Shown: one piece after another, positions 38,901-53,522 of the stretch
Numbering within the stretch: the stretch's first letter is position 1
How the letters are laid out: each line of letters starts with the position of its first letter
Assembly (NCBI GenBank): GCA_030141605.1
Contig: JAQGDQ010002375.1
Coordinates: forward strand, 62,001-126,000
From: Tubiluchus corallicola
Taxonomy: Eukaryota; Animalia; Priapulida
DNA: 64,000 nucleotides
Direction: 5' to 3'
Program-made: the position numbers and the translations under genes
The notes under the pieces: model-generated
What the model saw: the letters and a program-made list of their open reading frames with translations, nothing else
Databases searched by the model: none
Told to the model about the DNA's origin: nothing

Positions 38901-41900
38901 TTCAAATACATTGTGTAACATAATGCAGTGATTCTAACAATGTGCTTCTATTTTTCTTACGTTATTATTTCTAATTCATTACATTTGAAAATGATCTGAT
39001 CTTACAAGTACATACTATTTCTGCTTCACTGGTACTCTTGATTAATTTATATATATTTTAAATGTACTATTTTATATATATTTGATCCAGTTTGCTTATA
39101 ATTAACTACTACTAATATACTTTGCTTCTTGAATACTGCTTTATTGCTTTTATTTTTCACTTTCATTTGGCACAATTTGCATAATATTATACTTTCTACA
39201 ATTGCTTACCATAAATAGAATTTTGATTAATACTTTTCCTACATTCTTTATCTTTTGCTATAATAATGTTTACTGCCATGCAGTGATTAGTAGTTTCACT
39301 ATTTTAGGGATGGCTAACTATATGACCAACTTGGTCTTCTTTAAATATTGGATAATATTGTTAAGTAGTTTCCTGTGACTATTTGGAAAGCAGACAAATA
39401 AGTACTCGTTTTCTTATTCAAAAAGTCCTTTGTGTGCATAATGCCTAGCTTTATTTATCTTGCAAGCGAAACTTATGTAACCTCTTATTAATATTGACTT
39501 CCTTTCACTTTCTTATTTATCGGTTGAACTTAGCAAACTCTTTCCTGGTTTATCACTCGCTTTGCGACAAAAAACTGCAAAACAATTCACCCAAATTTCT
39601 CCAGGTGTCTGACGAACAGTCAGAACAATAGCAGACAATGGCCCAAGAACTCCGCACTTCCACCGTTTCATAAAATTAACGACTTTTTCAGATATTCTGT
39701 GGACAAATAGACAAGAGTAATTGATCGGCAAAGTCCTTGAGGAATTTTTTGAAGAATTACAGAGAATAAAACTTACCAGAAGCCTGGCGCAGGACATGGT
39801 AACTGCGGATATCCATAGGAAAGTGGAGATCTTTGTGGATTGTTTCTACCTCATCTCCGGTCACCTTATTAGCCGTGTTAATACTTTTAGTATGCCAATC
39901 AGTCCAATATACTTTGTCTTCAAATATTGTAACAGCAAATGGATGTGGCAAACCTAAAATGCATTTGACAATATTAACTTTTGTGGCACAAAATCAGGTT
40001 TGTCTCCTTAACAGGTAAAGTTGGTAAAATAAACTTGGTAAACATGCCAACCCACAAGAAAGCGAACTTACCACAAAAAAACTCATGTAGGTATTTACCA
40101 TGTTTCCATCTTGCAAACAAACTTACTGAACTAGACTATCTGCAGTATCTTTTACTCAGGGATGTTAAATGATACACATTTGCCGACACGATAATGATAA
40201 TCTGTTTTCAGATGGTAAGATACAATAAATTATTTCGAACGGTAAAAACGATACTGAACGTGTGGTTAGTTATTGTGTGCAAGGAGTCTCGGCGCATTGC
40301 AACAACCTATTTTTTGCAGGCTATTTCCCGATAAATGCATAGATACATGTAATTTATGACAAAGTTCTCTTCTTTGTTTAGTCAAAAAATAAAATAAACA
40401 CATGAGCTGTGGCAGAGAAATATATTTCGAGATTTATTCCTACATAATGTATTTATTTATATCAGCTGCAATGCCTTCACATAACCGGAAAAATGCCTCT
40501 AAAAATAATGCACTTGGCATTGTGTGTCAGTAAACCGAATGACAGTTGCTATTGTAGAAAGAAAAAACAAAAAGTATATTCAAACACTCTTATAAATAAC
40601 TCTTTTAATTTTTTTTGTGCATAAGTCTAGTGCACAAATGACGAAGCTATGTGAAATGATCTTATAATGGTGAGTGATATGCAGTGATACACACTAAATT
40701 CAATACGATAACGATATTCCTCGAATAATATTGATACGATAAGAATAAAAACTAATTTTTCACATGGATACAATAATACGTATCGTTATCATAACATCAC
40801 CAATTTTGCTATTATATCAAGCTTTATGTACACTTACGATGTGTTGTGTTTATATGACTACCGCCTGGATTTAAATATACATATAATATAAGCTAAAATG
40901 TCAGTACGTCGAACTGCAGTAATTATTTCTACAAAAGCAGTTAATACCACTGATACTACTGTACATTTAACATTACGCGACAAGTATTAAGAAAAATTCG
41001 ACACTCCTGATTGCGCTAAACTCTAAGAAGTATTTCCGCAGTAACAGAGGCATATAAGGCTTCTATTGCATGGTTCTTCTAACAGCTACGGTATGACCAT
41101 TTCTGACTGCTTATTATCTAATTTGTTTAACTAGTTGCATTTGTCACAGACGAACTTGGAACTAAAATAGGTTCCTTTCCAAATTTTCCTAGAGTTTACT
41201 TTCACTGATTTTTACATGTTTTACATTTATGCTCTTACTTTTGTCGACCTTTTACTCAGAACCTGTATATCACTCAGAAACTAACGGTTACTAAGGCCTA
41301 CAACAGACTACTTAAGTCTACAATACAATCAACTACATACATGTGAAACAACTGCAAAATTGTCATAAATCACATTCTAACTTCTAACTCAATAAATATC
41401 GTGAAGTTACCTTGACTAATAATACGTCTGCGCATGCTTCCATCCAAGTTTGCGCTTTCAATCACATGATGTTTGGCATCTGCCCAGTAAACTTTGTCTG
41501 CCGCATAATCGATCGTTAAACCATTAGGCCAGAAAAGTGTCGTGTTCGCTATGACCATGCGGTCACTACCGTCCATGCAAACCCGCTCGATACGAGGCCG
41601 TGAACCCCAGTCCGTCCAAAATATGGTCCTAGAAACAGGCAAAACCTTTGAATCAAGATGATCGGGATAATCACATGGTTTTAATCAGAATTCCTACTAA
41701 AAGCAGAAATAACAACTTTATTGTTCTATCATAAAATACATAACATTTAGAAAATTGCTATAACTTGGCTGGAATTGTTTAATACAAAGTATATTAACTA
41801 TGATTCTCTCTAGATGAAGAATGCTACAAACATATGTATATATATATAACTCTTACGCTGAAGTGTATTATTTAGCAAATATATAAATAATTGTATTTCA

Positions 41901-44900
41901 AAAGCACACGCATGCCAAGACAGTTCTTTACTTGAGACAGGGTTGTAAAGAAATTCAGTTCATGGAGCAAAGTTCAACTAACTAGTTTCTTCTTCAATAA
42001 CTTGGAAATGGGACTACTTTCCAACAGCAAAAGGAATGAATCTCGGGACTGAAATGAGTTGCATTTGTCACAGAGAACTTGGAACTAAAATGTGTTTCTT
42101 TCCAAATTCCTCTATAGTTAACTTTTGCTTTTTTACTTACTTATTTGGTTAAGCACCCCACAAGAAAGCAAAAGTTAGTTGTTTTCGGGAATATTTAAGT
42201 TGTACCAGCAGTTTCAGGTCATTTACCGTGGATAATTCTGTGCATAATGAACAAAAACAAGGCAGTGAACGGGAATTGAACTTAAGTTCCATTAGTTGCT
42301 AATGAACTGGAAGTAGTTCCTTTTCTAAAAACTTAAAGAAACTTGGGAACTTGAATTATTTCCTTTTGTCAAGAAGGAATTTGGAACGGAAGTTACTTCC
42401 TTTTCTTGCCAGAGACTTAGGAAGAAGAACTTTTTCTTAAAATGGATAAACTTTTACAGAGTAGTTACAACCCTGCTTTGGCAAAATATACTACCCTTGT
42501 GCTGGATGAGCTACGATGGCACGAGGCTTCTCAAGATTACTCCAGATGAGAACTTTTCGATTTTCACCATCCAAGCCCGAAACTTCTATGCGGGACGTAC
42601 CGGAGTCAGTCCAGAACAGCTTGTCAGTTATCCAGTCAACTGCCAAACCACCTGTATTGCAAAAATTTCATTTAACTGTAAATAAGTCTGAAAAGAATAG
42701 TATTTTACTACTGAAGAAACCCGTAAAGTAAAAACACCCATTTAACAAAGTTATCGTTTTGAAACTAGGGGCGCTCTCTAAATTTTAAACCGTTACCACT
42801 TGAAGTCATGCTTGCGGTGTAATTCATAAGTTTAATTGTATATATGTCAATTCTCAACAGACATGACATTAAATCACCAAAAATCAGCACTTTCTAATAG
42901 CAGCATTTTTGAAAGCAGTTATAAACATTGTTAAAATACAAATATGAATTCTAGTGATAAGAGTTTAAAATTTTGGTCGGCCACAAAAAATTGTTTCTGT
43001 CTTGCCTCATCGTGAGCTCAAATGATGTCAGTAGAAAGGATGAAAATTTTAAAAAAAAATTGTAAGCTTTGTAAATTGTGGACTTAAAATCGGTTGAAAT
43101 CAAAGTTTGTTCATTTTCCACCACTTAGCACTAATGTTTAGATTTCTTCAATGCACATTTCTTATGCTTTGTTTTTTAGTTTTCTGTTTCTCATTATTAA
43201 ATTATTGTATTATAACCAATTATCTATAGTTTCTTTTTTTCTATGATATGAACGTATCTTCAAATAATTATGGTACAAGCGGCACTACTACTCGGCCGTT
43301 AATATACTGATTTGGCGGAAAATACGATACTTTTTCGCCTCCAATACAACAATCAGCATCATATAAAACAGCAACATGGGCCAAGAATTAGCTGTAGAAA
43401 AATATTGCTGAGTCCCCACCAAAACAACAATGTTATGATAATTATTACATTTTACGTTTTAAATTCAAAAAATGCGCTTTCATGTGACTGCATCAGGTAG
43501 GTATCATGAACGTACAAAAAAAATTTCGGCCGTGTGTGCTATAAAACACGGCAATTAGACGAAAACAGAAGCATTTTTATTGTCGGTCTTAGTGATACTG
43601 CAACACTTACTAACATGTAACCTAACCACGAAAAGGCTCACGAACAAGTCATATAATTGTCTACTCAACAGATAAGTTACCTGGACTTTCTAATCCATTA
43701 GTAATTACATCCGAAACACCTGTCCCATTCAGGTAAGCTTTCTTTATTGCATCTAGTGTCACATCGGTCCAAAATATCAGTTGTCTCTTGGCATGAAAAT
43801 CCAAAGCAATGGCATTTTCCAAGTCATCCAGTACCATAGTGTATTCGGAATCGTCTGGCTTTACCCGGCGAATGTCAATGCGGTTTGCAAAAAGCAAGAA
43901 GAAGCCAGGTCCTGTCAAATTAAGTACAGTCTAATAAGCAAAACAATGGACAATTTATAAAAAAGCAAGATTTGGTTCAAAAATATCAGGATAATTTAAC
44001 ATCCAATATTCTCAATTCAAATCTTGGTTTTGAAACCAGATTTAGCAACTGAACAATTTGCCAGGTCAGAATGATCAAAATAACAGTCGATTCTTTCCTC
44101 ATTAAACTCGATGTAACTACAGATGTTTGAATCATGTAACCAAGGTTATAATGATTAGATCAGATCAGATTAGACTAGATTAGATTAGATTTACTATGTA
44201 CAATGCCAATGTGTACATGTACATGCAGAACAATATGTAACATATAAAGTTTATAAATCATCAGCACATGAAGACACATCAAGCCAACACTATAAGAAAT
44301 GTTGTGCAGTGTTAATAAATGGAAATTTTTACAAAACTAAAGGGTGCCTGCATCCACATTTCCACACGAAATAGTATGTGCAAAGTTTGTTTTGGCATTT
44401 TAAACCGTTTGGCCACGGCTTTTGACCTTTAGACCCTAAAAGTTTCTTGGTCATGGCCAAGACATATTGCTGTACCAATTTGGTGATTGCAGGTTTGTTT
44501 GCTTTGATTTTGTTGTGTGGACAGACATACGGAATGAACACATCTAAACACCCCACCCATGTACTGACTATCCTCTGCCCTGTAACTATGACTAAATCCA
44601 ATACCTTTAGCTTTGCAGCCTCTCCGGTCAGGTTTTAATTCGTATCCCTCTGCACAAGAACATTGGTAGGTGCCTTTTAAATTAGTACAGCGCTGACTGC
44701 ACACATCAAGTTCCTTACATTCGTTTATGTCTAAAGGGTAAAGTAAAAGACGTTACAAGAAACAAAATTAGGATGAACATTGTACCACACAAGGAAGCAG
44801 AAAAATTTCAAACTAAAACCAAAACATTAAATCGATACTGCCATGTAAACGGTTTTTCTGAAAATCTATTGCACACGATTATACTGAAAACTTGTTGTAG

Positions 44901-47900
44901 TTAATGTCTTGAACACTATAAACTCCTCAATTTTATCAATACTGACTATTTTAGTGAAATACTTAGGCAGAAACAGTGCAAACGTCTAAACTATTCATGT
45001 TTCTCTAGCTAAATAATATGCAGTAAGTCCTCGCTTAATGATGCTAATGTGTTCCAACAAAATGCGGCGTTAAGCAATACGTCGTTAGACGAAGCCAAAA
45101 TTTGCATAGAAAGTAATGTAAAAGAACCGAGATGAGTAAAGAAGTAAAAATTAAGACTGCTTAAATCACAGAAATTAAAGGTTTTATGAGTTTTATACAT
45201 GTTTCTACTGATTAATTTCTTTCTACTTACTTGAAGCTACCTATATATCTTAGTTACCTAGCTAGCAGTTTCTCTTAAAATGTTTCTCTCTAAACTCTAA
45301 AACTTTCTCTTTAAACCTTAAACATTAATGCTTAAGTCTAGGTAGCAGTTAACAATAAACACTGCAGAGTCAAAGCCTGGGGCGACCTTGTATTTACTAG
45401 TCATCTGGAAGCATATACATGTATAATAATTGCACTATTTAAGTTGCTAGTGCGTTTTTAGAACATGCACTGTTTTAATGCATGAAACTAGTTCTTGCTG
45501 ACAAGTTGTTTATAAAATAAAAATTGGCTTTGACCAAAGTAAAAAAATCGTCATTAAAGTGAAACGCACATTGTTATGTGAAAAAAGGTTTCAGATGTTC
45601 AGCATTGCTAAAACGAAACTGCTAAATGGGGAGTTGTTAAGCGAGGACTTACTGTACTGCATTGCTTTAATGTAGTAATTAAAAACGAAATAGCCTCACC
45701 TAAACATGACCGTCCGTCTGAATCAAGCTGATATCCCGGATGACAGGCACACTGTGTGCCTTGAGGTGTTGCAATACACTTGTGCTCACAGAGAGAATTA
45801 TCCTCCATACACGACAATGCCGGATCTGTAACAATGCATGGCAAGATGTATCAAACTCACTTTTTATCAAGATGTAACCACTTTCTTCAAATTTTTTCCT
45901 TGACTATACTTAGTTTAAAAAAATTTAATGACAGGATTTTTTTTTCTGTCATAACATGGACACGACAAGAACTGACTTAATATATACAGCACTTGCCGCC
46001 CAAAAAATAGTGCACTGTTCTAAGCTGTTGTACAAGTGTGTATCATTATCCAAACACAGAAATTTTTTTCTATTTCAAAAGGAGAGTAACAGTCACCGAG
46101 CGGCAACATTGCTCAAAACCAAACCGGGCGAAACAGCGTGTACTTAAAAAAAGGAATATTATAACATCCAAATCACAATTACTAAAATTGCTGATTAGAA
46201 AAATAGCTCTAAGGGCTAACATAATAACATAAATATGAACTGTAGGCTTAGGACTGCTAACAATAGCTGCTTACTGCAAGTGTGAAGCGGCGCTTCGTCA
46301 CTGCTGTCCAAACAATCACGTTTACCGTCACACACATGATGGTCACCAATGCACTGACCATTATTACAACGAAACTGACCACGAGCGCATTGAACAACCA
46401 ATGTGCTGTTGCCTAAAAATCAGAAACAACATATTAAGTACTATATTAAGTGTGTTGTCAATGAAACCAGGAATCCAAGGCGTTAACATCAAACTTCAAT
46501 CCACAAAACTGTTTAGTGTCAAAAGAAATATTTGTACTTACCTGCCGCACTTAATTACATTAATTTTGTAAACTGACAATAAATTTATTTGAAAAAAATA
46601 AAGTTTTTATAACAAGTTGCAACACTAAAGTAAACAATGTTAGAGTTTTAAAGCCCTGTTGCAAGCCAAAACAATTTGCTTAAAATCAAGGCCGATCTAG
46701 TGAATTTGTTAAATCTAGTGAATTATTATGCACAAATCTCAGTATATAGACAACTCAGAATCTACAGAAAATTCAAGTGAGCTGCAATTCGAGTGGCTAG
46801 CATGACAATGCGTTTTACAAGGTACGACTTCAGCAGAAATTACTTTTTTTAACAAAATTACAGGTAGCCCAATGTACATTTAAACCGCCTGCCTTGTCAT
46901 TGATACAAAGCCTCGTACGACTGTCCGTTCAAGCAAGTGAACTTTGCGATTTTCAACTTTTCGATACTTTCTTGAATGCCATGAATCTTTCCCAACCTAC
47001 TTAAAAATAAAATATTGCTGACATTGTCAGAAGAAAGAGACACTGGGAACAAGAACCCTTCCAACAAGACCAATGTTGTAGCTGACAAGCTTTAATTACG
47101 CAGTGCCCCTTCACTATATGCAGGGCTCCCAATTTGAAAGTGGCATTTTTTTATGAACATAAATTTTGCAAATACTTCTTTTTTGTTAAATCTAGTTACT
47201 TAATAATTAAATAAAGATCTTACCACAGTCCTCTTCATCTGAATCATCATTACAGTCCAGTTCACCGTCACAGTGCCACGTTTCATGTATACACTGACCG
47301 GACTTGCACTGGAATGCCCCGGGTTCACACGTTGCAGACGCTGGAAAAGCAGTACAAGTGAAACAAAGACTGAGCAAAAAAATTTAAAGTTAAATGAATC
47401 AATTAAATACTACGCTAAGTTGGAAATTTAAACTAAGTATAGTACACAGTCTTTAGACACGTGCAAAATCCATTTCAAAGTTCTTCAAGGAAATCAAACT
47501 TTTTTAATGTGTGTTTTCGCTTGAATTTGTCATGTTTTCCATTTCTTCACTTGTTTGTTTGTTCATTTTTGTATGTGCACAAAATAAATTAGTTTCAGAC
47601 ACTTGTCTTGGGAAATGTCCAGCTGTCATTTTAGAGAAACTTTTCATCTGGTGGGCCTGGCTGGGTTTGGGGATTAAGAAAAAATAAGCGTGATGCAATG
47701 GATAGGATGTGCGGCCTTAATAAGTGTGTTGTTTTGATTTGTTTGCTACTTAATTAAAATGAAAAACTTTCTTTAGCTTTACTCTTGCACCAGCTGTACA
47801 ATGAAATAGTGCAATCCTTCTGCATTCACTTAAAATAATTTTTTGGCAGGTAAGTAATAAAGGCTGGTAAATAATAACTCACAACAGTCGACTTCATCAG

Positions 47901-50900
47901 ACTTGTCGTCACAATCAGCATCAGCATCACACCTCCACTCCTGGTTGATACACTGTCCGCTCTTACAGCGAAACTCCTCTTCCTGGCATTGAGCCTCAAC
48001 TGCAAAAGAGGGAAAGTTTTAAACTTGTATTAAGGTTTGTTGCTGGTACGCGAAGTCATCCAAGGTCATTAGTAAAATCATATGAGTAATTTATTTGAAT
48101 AGTCAGCAATTTTTTGGCAGCAGAAAAAACCCGGTTAATTTAGTAATTCCTCTAAAATATCCGACACTAGAAAAGGAGTATTATAATGATCACAAAACAA
48201 CATGTAGTCAATATCAACAGTTATATAGTTTTATATTTCAGAAACATAAAAACATCAGGTTAAATAGAACAGCAAAGTTTTCTTACATAATGCAAGTATT
48301 TGCAAGTTCGACTCGACAAACGGCAATGTTATTCTAAACCAGACCTTGCATATTTTACAGAGCAAATAATAACAATTACTATTTGTATTTACATGTAAAT
48401 TGTAATTTAGGAAAGACTCGGTGGCTGAGTGGATTCAAGGGTTCTGGGTTCGAATCCCACTTATATAGAGATTTTTCGAGAGCCATATACCATCTGATCA
48501 GAACTTTGTGGTTGCTTTTCTAGGTCTACTCATGTACTGGTCTACTCAATACCTGGTCATGTACTAAGGGAAGAAGGGTTTCAACTGACCAATGTCGGAA
48601 TTTTCTATGTAGAAAACTGGCTGTGATATAAAAAGAGTCATTTTTGAAGTGAAATGAGAACATAATGTTTAATTGCCATTAATTCCTCGGCAACACTTAG
48701 AAGTTGGGACATTAGGTTGTTCAAATACGAAATGAACAAAACATACCATCGGTACAGTTGACTTCGTCACTCCAGTCCCCGCAGTCGTTGTCATGGTCAC
48801 AACGATACACGCCCTCTATGCACCGTCCATAGCTGCACTGAAACTCGCCAGGCTTACATTTTTTGACTACTACAGCTGTAAATAAAACATTCAAATTCAG
48901 TCAATATAAGCAGTTCGCTGATTGGGGTTGAATGAATTACTGTTGAAACATAATTCGATTAAAATTATAAAAGTTAACGGTAAATATAAAATAAAATAAA
49001 AAGCACTGTTTTGCACAGCATTAGTTAGTATTTAACAATTTCTCTTACATACATAAACATGCTAGTTGTGCCATGTCACAAAAGCCATCAAAACGTAAAG
49101 CTGTTTTTGGGGACATTTATTTTTACTAATTAATAGTCATTGGACAGCACATTTTGTAAAGTTAACAAATGCTGTGTTAAAATAGCATTTATGAGAAAAT
49201 AATTATTTGTAACAACGCGCCAAATGATTTCTGCCAAGGAAAGAAAAGAACTTTTTACTGAAAAAACTTCGTTTAAGCAGAAACAGCTTTAACATTCGAA
49301 AACAAATCATAAAAAAGCACAAATGGTAGAATTTTGCTTTTCATTTTGTTATATTCTTCCTAACTTTTGCAATTTTAATAACAATAATTTTTCATAAATT
49401 CATCTGTCTGTCATAAAAACCATACAGGTTCTAAACAAAGGCTTGTGAATAATGGAAATCATGTAAATCATGGAATAATGTGCCTCAAATAAACCTTAAC
49501 TTGGTTCATACTCACAACAATTTCTCTCGTCTGAGCCATCTTCACAATCTGCCTCACCATCGCATCGCCATGACAACTGTATACAGTTTCCATCCTGACA
49601 GGCAAATTCTTTTTCTGAGCAAGTACTGCGATCTAAAACAGACAAAAACTTTGTAATTCCAGCCAACAGATGGCAGCACAAAACACAAGCAATACACATC
49701 ACGTTTACACAAAGTGTGCATAACCAGTACCATTCTGGTTACGCAAAGTGAACACGCACCACATTTTTCATCGCTATTGTCGCCACAGTCATCATCACCA
49801 TCACAAGTCCACTTTGACCTGATGCAGTTCCCGTTATCACATTTGAATTCGTCTTCTGTACAGTTTTTGGGTTCTGAAAATGGAAATATTAGAAGATACT
49901 TGCGGCGAAAATTAAACATAAATATTGAACATAGTGACTAACACCATAGTCACTTATCACTTTTTTTTCACAGAGAATCTAAAAGCTTTACGTAAAAAGA
50001 CCAACAACAACCCAGAGAAAAAACTACTAACAGCATAATTTTAGCATATTTGTAGAGTTATTTAAATTCTAAGATTTTTTTACATTCACTTCATGAGAAT
50101 GTTAACAACACATAGATGAAATGTTCGATTTTGTTAACAAAGATTTTAGCATTTGGCAGTGATGCCTAAAGCTTGGTTGTGATGGTTTTGTTGTCACATG
50201 TATCTTCTATTACAAGCCACAGTTTTCATCGTAGGTGTCGTGGAGATGCTACAGACCATTGCACAGCCCAATTTTTCACTTTCTCAAAACAGCCCCCAAA
50301 CATGCTCATTAAAAAAATCACGACCGTTAAATGATCTGTCCATTACTAGACTAGAAGCTTCTGTTCTGGTTTATTGTAGCACATTTATCAATGTATGTAT
50401 TTTTAGCATTTATGATTTAGTAACTTCATTACACTAATTAAAAATGCGCAATGAAAAAAACTAACAATGTAATAATTTTGGTGAACAAATTTGATGGAAT
50501 AGCTTCAGCTTATTTAGTTATAGTATTAAAGATTTTAAATTAAACAATATGAGAGTAAAAATAAAAAAAACATGATTAAGATATGCAAAAAATAGATTCA
50601 CAAAAAAATGAAAAGGAGACTTGTCAATTAATACTTTACTCTCACAGATATAGTACTAAAAGCATTGAAAAAATACAAAATATAACACTTTATTATTACA
50701 TTATACAGTATTGCATGTGCAAGTTTCTAAAGAGACAGTAGATATAGAAATACAGCAAAAAGTGCAATCTCGTTCAGAAGTTCCCACGGCAAGTATTTTA
50801 TTTTAAGCAAACATCAATAAAAGTTACCTGCATCTATTAAACGTTCTAACGATCGACGAGTCTTAATCCAAGCTGCATGTGAATATAGTATCAAGACATC

Positions 50901-53466
50901 TTGGACAGTATTACAACACTTTTAGGACTATTTAACTACGAAAATCGTCAAACATGGTAACAAAAAAAGTATTGTACATTGACTTGTTAGTATTACGGTC
51001 GTTATTTAAAATATTAAGTCAAAATTTTAAGCAGAACAATTATCAATGTTGGGTGCCCAAAATTTCTTTTAACATGAGTGTAAATATTCAGGTAAGCCTT
51101 AAATAAATAACTGTTCATAAGCAGCTTCTATGAACGCATTCCCAGCAAAAGTTAGCTATTATACAATAATACATAGGCCTACATACTGCAGTCAATTTCA
51201 TCAGATTTGTCGCCACAGTCATTGTCACCGTCACAGTGCCAGTTGGCTCGGATGCACTTGCCGTTAGCGCAACTGAATTCTGCCGGACCACACGACGGTA
51301 ATTCTGCAAAACAAACAAATTGAAAGTAAATAAAGCAAACACTTTTCACGGTAAGCAATAGTTCACAACAAAAGCACAAAACGATATGCATTTATTTTAG
51401 GAAAAAAGAGTTTTATCACATACGTTACGGGAATATCATAACTTGCCGTCTAACAGATTTTGCTCCCCTATATATAATGAATGTCTGTACTAACAATTTA
51501 ATTTAAACTTAGTTTACTGGTTAGGACATTTTTCAACTTACATCCCTTGCCACATTGGTTAATTTTACAGTTATGTATATAATATTGCTTGACCCACATT
51601 TAAAAATTTCAGCTTTTCTTTCAGGTAGTTCTCTATGAACAAAACATCATCGTATTTGACCTGGTACAGCAATATATTGGTTCATCTAACCATTTTAATA
51701 ATCTTACTTAACAATCGGAATAGTTATGTACATTTTGTGATAGACTTTTTTTTGCTGCAAAACTGCACTCCTCACTCCTATAAATTTTGCAGCCTGAGGC
51801 AACTTGATCAGCATTTATTTGCTGTTTGCCAAAGGCAATTATTTCAAATAAATGTTTATAAAAAATTATATAACATATATAATTATATTATTATTATTAA
51901 TTAATTAATTATCAACATAAGTATATAAGAATAAGAACATACTTTTATATATATTTTTTTATATATGTTACAATACCAAGTCATCAATTTTACGAAATTT
52001 CTATATCAAAACCAGAAGTTACCAAATAATACACATCAGCTACCATATAAATGTTAAGGATCGTGAAGCAGGGGATCTAAATTTTAAAATCATTTGTAAA
52101 ACTCCATTTACTCAAAAGCAGCCTTCCACGTATCACGGATTTTAATCTCACAGTGAGCCATAAAGAAACACAAAGCGGTTTCCATTCAGGATAAATTTTG
52201 TTCTGTGAAACGATCATAATCCAAGTCAAAGCAAATCCTTGTAGACATTTCCATTTAAATACAATAAAGCAAGATAAGATTTGACTAAAATAGCAACATT
52301 AAATTTCAAATTTATTGATCGTAACAAGTGGCAACAAAGTAAAATTGGACATATATAATACTGACGGCTCTCAGATTTTAAGAATTATCGAGAGAAAATT
52401 TACTTAATTTAAAGTAAAAATTAGTTTCTAGAGTTAAGCAATAGTTCATCTGGCTGCAACTTAGATGAGCATGCAGGTGAAACGAAATGAAATACGCATG
52501 AAATGAAACTTGTAGAACCCTGCAATGAAAGAAAAATTTCTACTAAACTAAACTTTGTAACGAAAATAATTAGCTGCCTTGTCTCAATGATAGATTTTTC
52601 AGACGTTGAAATTAATAATTATGATAAACAAATAACCAAACCCTTAATTAATTGAAAGAGGAAGTTAAAAAACTGTACGTCAATCAGGATTCGAACCTAG
52701 AACGTGTGACCTGATACCATAAGGTTCTGGATTCGAATTTCAGTTGAATTATAATCTTTCAGCACCTTCCTCTTTCAGTTAAGCAACCGCTAGATAAATT
52801 ATTGAGTGTGCATAAACTGTGAGGTTTATTAATTCTGGCTTATCACAGTTCAATATCTAGAAGCAAGACTTCTTCCATGATAGAATCTAAACCACTTTAG
52901 AAACCTAGCCAGTAAGACACATATTTATTGCTAGCAGCTCCAATGTTGTTGGGTCAGGAGGGGAACAGATAAATTAAACGAAGAATGTGAACAAAAATTA
53001 CAGAACTTCATGCAGTCTTGACTTGTGAACAATAGCCTGAGGGGATCAGCAGGCAAGAGAATTTTATTGCTTGTTGAAAACTATGCGAAAACCATAACGT
53101 GGCATCAAAACACAGCCCAGCTACGAAACTGGCATACAAATACATGTACTCGGCATGTGTAAATACAAGTGTGTCTATAATCACGAGAGAATGGGGCTAA
53201 AGGGGAGGAAACGAGAGAGTGGGAGGGGCGGAGAAAAACAGACACTGAGAGAGAAAGACGAGGGACAGAAAACGAGGGGAATGAAAGGAGAAAGAGGGGG
53301 AAGGGAGAGAAACACGGAAAAGGTGCGCGCGAGAGAGAGAGTGAAAGAAAGGAGAGAGGGAGAGACAGAAAGAGAAAGATGGGAAAAGAGAAAGAGTGTG
53401 GGAGACAGAGAAAAAGAGGGGAGAAGAGGAATGAAGGAGAAAGAGAGAGTGGGAGATAAGGAAAGG

Positions 53467-53522
<56 letters not shown>

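Noticed and set aside
48415-48490. tRNA gene
   Set aside because: The A and B boxes are only 14 nt apart, and there is no anticodon arm or acceptor stem. Called as a SINE.
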